Below are positions 30,501 to 39,072 of a stretch of DNA of 46,804 nucleotides, in pieces. Below the pieces are notes generated by a model. That model was not told where the DNA came from and made no database searches. It saw nothing but the letters and a program-made list of their open reading frames with translations. Every line of letters begins with the position of its first letter. The stretch's first letter is position 1. Source of the stretch: Chrysochromulina tobinii (taxonomy: Eukaryota); NCBI GenBank assembly GCA_001275005.1, contig JWZX01003358.1, forward strand, positions 1 through 46,804, read 5' to 3'. The translations under genes and the position numbers were made by a program.

Positions 30501-32009
30501 GGTGATGATGAGCGTATAGGCGCCAAGGTTGAGGACGAGCAAGAGGAGGACGTGGGCACGCTTGAGGAGGCGGAACTAGAGGAGGAGGCGGCGGCTAAGG
30601 CTCGTGGCAACGGCGGGTGCCAGTGGGAGGTGGAGGCATCAGCGAGCACTACGAGTGCCATGGCCGCGGCTGCTGCTGCCGCTGCCGCCGCTGCCACTGA
30701 GGCGCCCGCGACGACGCCAACGACGGAGAGGCGTGAATCTGAGCGGGTGCCCGCGACGACGCCAACGACGGAGAGGCGTGAATCTGAGCGGGTCTCGGCC
30801 ATCACGGGCGAGGGCAAGGAGGTCGATGGGCCATGCGTGCTGCTGACAGGCGCAACAGGCTTCCTCGGGCCGCATTTGCTCTCCGCATTGCTCGGCACGA
30901 GCGCACCTCAGCGCTGGGCGGCCATTGCCATCCTGGCACGCCCACCCCTCGAGCGCGTGACAGATGGGCTGAGCATGGCCATGCAGGCGATCGCCCTCGG
31001 CAGCGGAGCCGGCTGCGAGGTGGGCGAAGCGCACGCGCGCGTGCGCGCATTCGAGGCGGATCTATCCCTCCCCGACCTTGGCTTGTCAGCAAGCGATCGC
31101 AAGGCACTCGTTCAGATGCGTATCCAAGCGGTGGTGCACAGTGGGGCCGTCGTTGACCACGCACGCGCGTATCCCGCCATCCAGCCCACAAACGTACGAG
31201 CGATCGCCGCGCTGCTGGAGCTGGTCTCGCCGCTCGGCGCTCCAAGGCTCGCGCCGCCGCCCCTTTTTGTCTTTGTCTCTTCTATGAGCGTGATCCCCGT
31301 CGCCGCTGCGGCCGCTGCCAGCGGTTGGTCGGGTACACCGGAGGCGCTCGTGCCGCCCACGTGTGCTGCGGCACTCGAGTCGGCGTATGCGCAGAGTAAG
31401 CTCGTGGCGGAGCATCATCTAGCACATGCCGCCCACATGGGCCGCGTTCGGCTGTCCATCGCCCGCCTCGGGCTCCTCGGCCCAGCTACTCACGCACAGA
31501 GCCCTCTCAACGCCCCCGACCGACGGGATTGGCTCTCGCTGCTGCTCGGGGCGGTCGATGCAACGGGGGCAAGCCCTGCCGGACTGACTGCCGGCCGACG
31601 TGCCGTCGCAGTGCTTCCAGTTGACAAGGGAGCTGCCGCCCTCGCAGTGCAGGCCGCGGCGGCCCTCGACACCGAGACGGGCGTCGGCAGCTCTGCGATC
31701 GAGATCGCGTGCCTCGACGCCGCCTCCTTTGGTTTGGCGCCGCACTCCCTCTCCACCCTGCTCGACGGCATCGACGCGTCGCGACACGTGGCGGGGCTGC
31801 CCCCGCTCCGGCGCGAGCTGCCGTACCCTCAGTGGCGGCGCCTCGTCGCGGCTGCCGGCCACCCCGCGGTGCTTGCGCTCGCCATGCTTCCGCCCGAGGG
31901 CCGTGGCGGCTCGCTGCGCTTACCGTCGGGTGCGCGGCGCCGGCTGCGCGACATGCAGCGCTTTGTCGACGGGGCGCGTAGTACTCATGTGCTTCCGATG
32001 GACGAATAG
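27516..32009 (+). CDS. Carboxylic acid reductase-like NRPS-like enzyme: Cys-rich zinc finger + adenylation + carrier (PP-binding) + thioester reductase
   Basis: A domain: FSFGSTGEPK, FAPLSHGLAR, DGYGMAE, DGWFHTGDLG, VKLANGEFLAP, HGKVRR. T domain: ALGGDSIMAAELL. R domain: VLLTGATGFLGPHLL, EADLSLPDLGLS, VHSGAVV, YAQSKLVAE. N-terminus: CDIC..CRCASATCDECHVCGLC..CPLC. Confidence 0.85.
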   Translation: MTLLSTGSQTARLHHSALPPDCRCDICARPIAAADARCRCASATCDECHVCGLCSDGRSRQCPLCGGSLHSERASPFTLRMQVFREAFDATMSTSVIVVHPHIMVARAFDAYAGRPLLGEPTTGGSVRWYSYAQCGAAAELFAVQLRHSCRRRSESEAERAVVLCAANGVGWLVADWACALAGLPSIAIDASTAPASALSMAREAAQARGRDVGAVCVDAGHLGEWQAALAQACISDRHEEADRMAAKSGRPLAVDTYSTASARQRLVAIACTMLDRDATDSADSNDDAIDNANDVAVAAAAAAAAAAAEGSTAAGAAAMVAMKAVQAAALTSRTAGTGDAELVTCLFSFGSTGEPKHLWFDALSWAEWGERNPPASRRARAALSRRSVRVSCAALFAPLSHGLARRTAWGELLHGGRLGLCEPRGAGAFDMAFEGGEGIVGGEGGVGGVGGWLDQIRAFAPTTLSAAPRFYTLYQRRYEAELSKLGMEAELSKLGKDAEISGATANHGEHATPEALRKAALVAVRRLGGPRLRLVAVGGALVPPSLLAFLRECFGECGAGGGHAVVSDGYGMAEVPGGIARDGIPLPGVEVRIQLPLATGHYTGTGWGASDADAIRALGDDVGEILVKTIRGAIVGDRGAAALDADGWFHTGDLGRWIEGSSPGGPRRLQVLERMGFTVKLANGEFLAPQRAEAVYEEQCASVASCVLLARPGELAATAVALLRNDVLGETRLPNMVLDEMRAAAAAAGLRSWEVPGRVLIDPGPWDAASGCSSTHGKVRRLAIARRHGLLPHADAGEGRNGSADDNVMANGSGSGSSNGYDVAGGTVNGSDCASLGEGGGSSNCSSNRSSSSSLVDQLIGFLSASSEMSALPHLPCAAVRAAEHGSGWWSALGGDSIMAAELLGAWEGVVHAANARSAKGSRASVDAPSVNAPSVNALGAKGSRSARPTTAHSQRAHSQRRPMISLNMHDLFSLTPRELRCKAQACLGRHGIVGDDERIGAKVEDEQEEDVGTLEEAELEEEAAAKARGNGGCQWEVEASASTTSAMAAAAAAAAAAATEAPATTPTTERRESERVPATTPTTERRESERVSAITGEGKEVDGPCVLLTGATGFLGPHLLSALLGTSAPQRWAAIAILARPPLERVTDGLSMAMQAIALGSGAGCEVGEAHARVRAFEADLSLPDLGLSASDRKALVQMRIQAVVHSGAVVDHARAYPAIQPTNVRAIAALLELVSPLGAPRLAPPPLFVFVSSMSVIPVAAAAAASGWSGTPEALVPPTCAAALESAYAQSKLVAEHHLAHAAHMGRVRLSIARLGLLGPATHAQSPLNAPDRRDWLSLLLGAVDATGASPAGLTAGRRAVAVLPVDKGAAALAVQAAAALDTETGVGSSAIEIACLDAASFGLAPHSLSTLLDGIDASRHVAGLPPLRRELPYPQWRRLVAAAGHPAVLALAMLPPEGRGGSLRLPSGARRRLRDMQRFVDGARSTHVLPMDE
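30705..30794 (+). repeat. 45-bp tandem duplication (PATTPTTERRESERV twice) in the T-R linker
   Basis: cccgcgacgacgccaacgacggagaggcgtgaatctgagcgggt occurs twice in tandem. Confidence 0.92.
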
Positions 32010-32406
32010 GAGCGGAGGCTGGGGGGTTACCGTTCTGAAAACCGAAAACTTGCACCTCGCACGACTCCCTGAGATGCCACCTGGCGCCACCAGCACCGCA
32101 CTCCGCACTCGGGATTAAATGATCCGATCAGTAACAGCGGCAGTAACACTTCTGACTGTGTTTGAATGCTTTAACGGCATCACCGGCTTGAAGAAAGACG
32201 TCGACATCACGCATGAACTCGCGCTACGCACCAGTCGTCGGACGTCGCGCGGGTTAAGAACGGGTACGAGACGGGTACGCCGTGCCCGTGTGCCCGCGGA
32301 TGCACAATGCGCACTTGAAGAGCACTTGGCCGTGCCGTGTACGGGACGGAAGAACGGGAGCACGGCACTCTAATGTTGTAATGATGCTTGATGGTCACTT
32401 TTCATG

Positions 32407-33408
32407 TCATTGCCACTCTCCCTTCCTCTTCTGCTCCTCGGCGAGGCGCGCGGCCTCGAGCTTCGCGAAGATCTCGGACTGGAAATTGTAGGTCCCCAAG
32501 TAGCCGCTGGTAGGCGACTGGAGCATATTTCGCGCGCCGCTGGTTGACGACCAACGTAAATTCCGCTGGTGGACGTCGATAGCCCGGCGAGTGGGTGAGC
32601 ATAGCATCGGTGGCGGCTCGACGGTGGGCTCGGGCAAGACTGCTCGTGCTCCCCCGAGCGGACTGCTGCCGTCGCTGCCGCCCTTGACGCGGCGAAGCAC
32701 CATCGCAGCGGCTGCCTCCCTTGCAGCCGCCTGTTGCCGCCGATCTTCATCCTCCTTTCGTGCAAGCAGCGCCGCCTCTGCTCGGGACTTGAGTTCCTCC
32801 TTCATCCACTTTGCGGCGATCGCACCACGACGGCGCGCAGCCTCTCGCTGGCGTGCGTGCCGCGCCGCCGCCTGCATGATCACCGCGGCCCGCCTGTCGC
32901 GCTCGCGCTGTACGAGCAGCGCCATCTCTTCCGCAACCCGTTTCTCTTCGGCGCGACGCTCCTCCTCCGCTAAGGCGCGCTCCTCACGCTCCTCTTTCAA
33001 CCGTTGGAAGCGCGCCACGCGTTGTAGGCGCGCCATAAGCTCGCGCCCCAGTTCCTCCTCCGCCTCCATTCGCATAATGCGCTCCTCCACCTCGCGCGCC
33101 TCCAATGCTTGCGCCTCCATTGCTTGCTCCTTGGCTTGCGCGATGATCTTATTTGCCAGTTCAGCCTGCTGAACCATGGTGAAGAATTTGTTGATGCGCC
33201 GACGCACGGCGTCAACCGCGAGGAGCTTGTCGACAGTTGGCTGCTCTGGCCATGGATTGAGGCACGCGGCCAGGTGTACGGAAACGTCTGCACCCATGTT
33301 GATGTTGGATATGCGTTTTGCCGGCAGAGTTTGCTCGAAACATGCATCTTTGATCGTCGGAAGCATGCAACGGCCACACGGACCCAAACCCCGAATTTGA
33401 TCGCTCAT
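32407..33408 (-). CDS. Hypothetical coiled-coil protein with a possible IQ-like motif
   Basis: E/R/A-rich helical core; RAAVIMQAAARHARQR resembles an IQ motif. Confidence 0.6.
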   Translation of the reverse strand: MSDQIRGLGPCGRCMLPTIKDACFEQTLPAKRISNINMGADVSVHLAACLNPWPEQPTVDKLLAVDAVRRRINKFFTMVQQAELANKIIAQAKEQAMEAQALEAREVEERIMRMEAEEELGRELMARLQRVARFQRLKEEREERALAEEERRAEEKRVAEEMALLVQRERDRRAAVIMQAAARHARQREAARRRGAIAAKWMKEELKSRAEAALLARKEDEDRRQQAAAREAAAAMVLRRVKGGSDGSSPLGGARAVLPEPTVEPPPMLCSPTRRAIDVHQRNLRWSSTSGARNMLQSPTSGYLGTYNFQSEIFAKLEAARLAEEQKRKGEWQ

Positions 33409-34256
33409 TTACTGCGTACGCACCGACGGTCCTGTACCAACTGAGCACCAACTTTCCAGCGTTTCCAGAACTGATGGTCACACACCAAGTACTCCACGTT
33501 CGTCGCCTATTCGTCGCCATGTGTCGCGAATCTACTAGGAACCTATGTTCGAATCCCCGCGCCCCGCTGCCGCGACGACGCAAGCAGCAAGCATAAAAGC
33601 AAGCAAGCAACAATGCTCAATGGGCATACATTCCCATCCAGCATCCTCTCCGCTCCGCCCACCCCGTTTCGCTCGACGCCCCGCGTTGGCTACAGGGGGC
33701 GGTGGGCATTCGGTTGTGCCTTAGGTTTAGGTACTTGTGCGGTTCGAGAAGCCATGCGAGAAGCACACGCGCCCGACCTCAACCTGGGAGACAGTGAACG
33801 CGGCCGGATACCGAGTACGCACAAAACAGACGACAGTCACCACGACAGTCGACACTCCGTAACATGTTGTAGGACGCCTAGAGCTCTGCCTTGCCCTCGC
33901 CCGTCATGCTTCATCGCGACAACGATAGACAACGACAGCACACCAGCCGAGCGATTCCAGCACGCCCACCACAGTCCATCGCACCCCATAATGCCCTGAT
34001 CAGTCGACGCCCCGCTGCTCCCGGCCTCCATGCCTCAGTGCGCGAGCCGTCCGCGCCGTCCACGTCCCCCGCCATGCCATGGCGCCCAGCGGCGGCGCGA
34101 AGCCCACGGAGGAGGGCGCTAGTGCAGTTTCACCGCCTTGCCTCCACCCTGCGGGGGGAGGGCGCTGCCCAAGACGACGCTGCCCAAGGCTTCTCTTGAC
34201 GTGCCGCAGCACTTGCCCCGCCCGCAGCGCGCGCAGGCACGAGCTCGCCGCGTGGC

Positions 34257-36395
34257 TTACTTGACTTTCTTGCCCTCAACCGCGCTGCCCGAGGCAGCGA
34301 GCTTACCGTTGCTGTGGATGGCGAAGTGCTCCTGCAGCGCGTGGCACAGGTAGAGGGCGATGTGGACGGGCACGTATGCGGGGAAGGCCTCGCGGAATCC
34401 GTCGAGCTTGTGGAAGCCTAGCCATCCGATGACGCCACCGAGGATCATCGGATGCGGGATGACGCCGTACGGGAACTTGGCGACGTAATCGCCGGAGATC
34501 ACTCCGAGCTCCCACCCAAAATAGGTGCGGTCGACGCCCAGGCGGCTCGCGGCGAGGCCGGCGAGGCCGAAGCCACCCGCCAGCAGGGCGAGCGCGATGA
34601 TGTCGGGCTGCGAGTAGTCAAAGCGGAAGAGGAACTGCACCCCCGCCTGCACGAGCGCGAGCGTCTTGAAGAGCAGCGCATCGCGCTTGAAGGCGCCGAA
34701 GGCGACGTTGGTGCGCTGGTGGTATGTGGAGGCATACACGGCGTAGTGCACGAACGAGGTCAAGCAGAAGAAGACAGAGTACGAGCGCGCAGCTAAAGAG
34801 ACAGCGGTGGCGCAGAGCAGGTAGATCAGGTTGGTCCAACCGAGGTGCATTTCAAGGCGGTACATGGCTGCTGTCCAGAAGACGACCTGTGGAATCCAGT
34901 CCCAGATGAGGGAGGGTTGGTGAGGGTGGTGCGGGGGAGTGGGAGGGGGAACGGGCGTGGGGGGAGGGTGGCGACGGCGCGGGGTAGGGCGGGGGCTGGG
35001 GTAGGGCTGGGGCTGGAGTCGGGCAGGGGCCGGAGTTGGGCAGGCGGCGGGGTAGGGCAGGAGGCCAGGTTAGGATGCCAGGGGGCAGGGGGCGAGGGGG
35101 CAGGGGAGCAAGGCCATATCCGTGGCACTCCGCCGCATTGGGCGCCGTCGTGAGCGCACCTGGAAGGCCATGAACTTGGCGATCGGGTGGTCGGGCTCGA
35201 GGGTTGCTAGGAAGAGGGAGCGGAAGTTTTGGTTGTAGTGCACCGACATGCGGCCGAGTAGGCGCCCGAGCGGGCCCAGGAAGCGGGGGTAGATAAGGAA
35301 GTGCACCTTCAGGCACACGCGGTGGCCCTCGTTCTCCTTGGCGCCTTGCACGTGAGCGATGCGGTGCAACTCGCGGTGGAAGTCGAACGAGATCATCTCA
35401 CCGGTCGTGAGGGCGACGCCGTCATAGCCGCCGAGCGTGAACCCCTTGTCGGTGTTGTGCCGAACCTGGCGACCCGAGAGCGGGAAGATCGTCTCGATCT
35501 GCTCGTTGGGCGTTGCCGCGATCATCGAGCGGTAGACGTGCACAAAGGGGAAGATGCCATAAGGGCCGTCAACGTGGTTGCGGTAGAAGACGGTGTCCGA
35601 GTTGGCGTTGTACGTCTTGCAAGCGACGTACAGCTCGTTCATGCCCTCGAGCGGCTCGACCACGTGCGTCTGGCTCGGGTACAGCTTGCCGAAGAGCGCG
35701 TCGCGCAGGTACTGCGAGCGCGCCACGAAGGCAAACTTCTCCGTCGCCTCAGCGGAGAGTCCATGCCACCACCAGTGGGTGGTCACGTCCGTGCGCGGGT
35801 TCTGCTGGACGGCCCAATTGCCGACGTGCTCGACGGCCTGCAGCAGTTCCTTCTCCTCCGGCCCGTTCGCCGCCGACAGCTTATGCGTCGCCACCTGCTG
35901 CCGCTGCACGAAGATCGTCGCAAGCGAGCCGTTCTCCGTGTGCCAGCACGCATCAAAGCACAGGGGTACGAGGTGGAGCGTGTGCTCGAGCAGCGTCCAC
36001 ATCCAGCCGTCCTGCTTTCCCTGATAAGACGATTGGAAAGTGAGCTCGCACGTCGCGAAGTGCGCGACGTCCTGCGCAAAGTACGACGCGGCGAAGAGCA
36101 CCGTCGCCGAGAGCGTCGTCATCGTCGTGGCGATGGCCGCGGCGCAGATTAGCGCGTGTGCCGCCGCGGAGGCGAGCCACAGCTTGAGCGGGGTCGACGG
36201 CAGGATGATCGCGAGCCACGCAGCGTGCATCCCCATCGCCGCAGGGCTGCCCAGGTAGGTGAAGACCAGGAAGGAGATGGCATACACGGCGGCTGGCGTC
36301 GTGACGAGGTGGAGCGCGACGTTTAGCGGATGCTTGTGGAACTTGCGGAAGTCGGCAGCGAGCGTCTGCCATTCCATGCCAAAGAGGCCACCCAT
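34257..36395 (-). CDS. Membrane fusion protein: Mpo1/DUF962-like + putative HxD..H Fe(II) dioxygenase + PEMT-type methyltransferase; exons 36395-35160 and 34886-34257
   Basis: N-terminus FRKFHKHPLNVALHLVTTP...AQDVAHF; middle NHVDGP...FDFHRELHRI...RVCLKVH; C-terminus LGVDRTYFGWELG...KFPYGVIPHPMILG. A phase-0 intron GTGCGC...CCACAG (34887-35159) joins MAFQ|VVFWT. Confidence 0.8.
34887..35159 (-). other. 273-nt C-rich intron (G-tract-rich on the + strand)
   Basis: GT-AG borders, an in-frame stop at 35070, and many GGG+ runs and GGTAGGG units on the + strand. Confidence 0.85.
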
Positions 36396-36863
36396 GGGAC
36401 CGGAGCGGCAGAGACGCAAGGTTCCCTAGAGGAGAGGGTCGCCGATGCGGGACGAGTTTTGGCGGAGCGTCGTCGCGGGCGGGTTTCGCGAAGTGCTCCA
36501 AAAAAGACGAGAAATCCCAATCATGCACTCCCGTCAACGCGCAGTTGACAGCTCTGACAACCAGGCACCGTCACTGTTCCGCCCGCGCCGCCAAAAAGGC
36601 CAAACTGAGAATCCTGCGGGCTGCGGCTGCGCCAATCAGAAACACGCACACGGGATGTGGACCGCGATCCGCGATCCGGATCCGCTTCACCCATCGCACT
36701 TCTTTCGCCGCCGCCTCCAGACCCTCCGCCGCGCCGTCCCGTCGCCGTCCAGTCTCGTCTCCGGCGCTTCATCCCTTCCGGCGAGGCGGCACGCGCTTCC
36801 TTGGCCCATCGTCGGACAAGTAGGAGCGCCTAGGAGGAGTACGGTCGCCCCGCCCCCTCTTCC

Positions 36864-38579
36864 TCAGTGCGCGCGGCCGTTGAGCGCGCCTCGTCGGCTC
36901 TGGTGCGGCGCGTGGCGCGACTCAAACGGGTGGCTGCGCGCGTCGTATTGGTCGCTCACGGCCTGCGGGCTCCACAGGCTTGGCCCGGCAGGCGCGGAGT
37001 CGTACGGCGAGCCCAGCACGGCGCCATCCGCCGCCGGGTACGCGTCGCCAAAGCGCATCAGGAGTTTGTGCTCGAAGGGCAGGCAGCCAAACATCGGGCT
37101 GGTGAGATCGCGGGCGGAGGCGGTGTCCGCAGTGAGCTCCGAGGCCAACGAATCGAGCGAGTGCGTCGATGCCTTGTCCATCCACGCGAGACTCTTGGGC
37201 AGCTGCAGGTGGTGCGCCGGAGGCTCGCCGCCCAAGCCAAAAGCGTTGCCGCTTATGATGGGGGCGGTGGCAACGCTGCTGCCGTCGCTGCTGGTGCTCG
37301 CGCTCGTCGCAAGCTTCGGAAGTAGGCTGGAGAGCACGTGTGCGATGCTCCCACCACCACTGGACGGTGCGGGTAGGGACGGCGCCGTGATGGGCGGTTC
37401 GAGGCTGATGACAACGACAGAGACGTTATCGGATCCGTTCCTCTCGCACAGGGCGAGGTCGCACAGGCAGCGCGCGGTGCGTATCTCGGCGTCGAGCGCG
37501 TGCGCGTGTACCTGCTCGAGCTGCTCACGTACGACGCTCGCCACCTCCGCCGAGGTCATCACGCTTCCGAAGAGACCATCGGAGGCGAGGATGACGCACA
37601 GGTCGTCGGCAGACCGCTCATACACGCTCACCTCCGGACGTCCGGTAACGACCTGCGCGTGGGCGGGCGTGTCGCGCCAGCTGCGCCCAGGCCCCACCTT
37701 AAGCGGCAGGTCACCGAGCGCGCGCGTCATGGGGAGCGAGTGGTCGTGGATGCACACGTAACCGCCAGGGTCCATTCGAGCGCCCGCCGCCTCGACACGT
37801 TCGACCTCGTCCGGGCGCGGCTGGCAGAAGGCGCTCACCTGCTCGGCAGAGTGGTCGCGCGAGAGTTCGATGTACGGCACGGGCGACGACGAGCGCTTCA
37901 CCAGCAGCGCGCGGCAGTCACCCGCCCAGGCAGTGACCAACTTGTCGTCGGTGACCAGCGTCACAGCCGCCGCAGTGCCCTGGTTGTTGCCCTTGCCGCG
38001 CCGCATCGAGAAGTGATGCAGCAGCTCGGCATCGGTACGCATGAAACCGTCCTGCAGCGCCTGCACGATCGTCGGCATGTACTCACTGCGCATCACGTGC
38101 GAATGCAGCATGGATGCGGCATACGTGGACGCCTGCGCGCCTCCGTGACCATCGAAGACGCCAAAGTAGGCATGAACAAAGGCCCCCTCGTTGACCTTGG
38201 CGACGGCCACGTCCTCCTGGGTGGAGCGCGGGCCCTGACGCTGGTGCACGGCCCAGCGCACGCCCAGCTCGATCGCCGCTGTCGCGCTACTGTTGGTGAA
38301 GCCTGCAATCGGCGTGACACACATCGCAGAAGACGTGGACGGATCGCCGCTCCCGCTCGCGCCGCCGATGCCGTCGCGGCCGCCGGCGCTGACGTGCACG
38401 CTGCTACGCTTGGGCGATGACCACGGCTCCTGCTGCTGCCTGAGTGGGGGCTCTGCGAGCAGTGCCTTGATGTCCTCCTCGCGAAGCCGCTTGTGGGACG
38501 AGGGCGTCGAATTGTGGGAGGTCGCGGAGAGCGGCGTGCGCTGTATGGCGGGGACCGGGTAGGGCGACACATCCATCAT
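36864..38579 (-). CDS. Protein phosphatase 2C (PPM family)
   Basis: QGPRSTQED, FGVFDGHGG, AWAGDCRA, LSRDHS, MTRALGD, ILASDGLF, GSDNVSVVVI. Confidence 0.93.
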   Translation of the reverse strand: MMDVSPYPVPAIQRTPLSATSHNSTPSSHKRLREEDIKALLAEPPLRQQQEPWSSPKRSSVHVSAGGRDGIGGASGSGDPSTSSAMCVTPIAGFTNSSATAAIELGVRWAVHQRQGPRSTQEDVAVAKVNEGAFVHAYFGVFDGHGGAQASTYAASMLHSHVMRSEYMPTIVQALQDGFMRTDAELLHHFSMRRGKGNNQGTAAAVTLVTDDKLVTAWAGDCRALLVKRSSSPVPYIELSRDHSAEQVSAFCQPRPDEVERVEAAGARMDPGGYVCIHDHSLPMTRALGDLPLKVGPGRSWRDTPAHAQVVTGRPEVSVYERSADDLCVILASDGLFGSVMTSAEVASVVREQLEQVHAHALDAEIRTARCLCDLALCERNGSDNVSVVVISLEPPITAPSLPAPSSGGGSIAHVLSSLLPKLATSASTSSDGSSVATAPIISGNAFGLGGEPPAHHLQLPKSLAWMDKASTHSLDSLASELTADTASARDLTSPMFGCLPFEHKLLMRFGDAYPAADGAVLGSPYDSAPAGPSLWSPQAVSDQYDARSHPFESRHAPHQSRRGALNGRAH

Positions 38580-39072
38580 ATCTGCGCCGCACAGCGTCAC
38601 CGAGGCGATGCGGCGAAGGAAATTCGTGGTGCTTCGTCTGCTGAGAGTACCACCGCCGCTCGCCCTAGAGGGAGGCCTGCGATCAAATCGAATGTCAGCG
38701 CGAAAAGTTGTTTTATCGGATCTTTTCCGGCGCCAGAATGCCAAGTAGGACCCAAGGCCCCAGTTGCGCAGCCGCATGCAGCCGCAGGCAGCGAAGCCGC
38801 AGCCGGATGGTGCTTGTACATGTATCAGATTACCCACATGTACTACGCCCACAATGTACTACGGCAAAAAAGAGTAAAAGACCAAAATGCGGACGGCAAG
38901 ATGAAGCCTCGCGGGGGCTAAACACACCTTTCACGACCTTCGCCCCAAACGGCCGTATCGGTAACTGAATGCGGAAGTTTGCGGAGCCTAAACTTTACTT
39001 GACTTGACTTGAAATGACAGCAACGCCTCTTTTTGCGCTGGATGATTCGTACGAAGGGACGAAAGCACTGGA

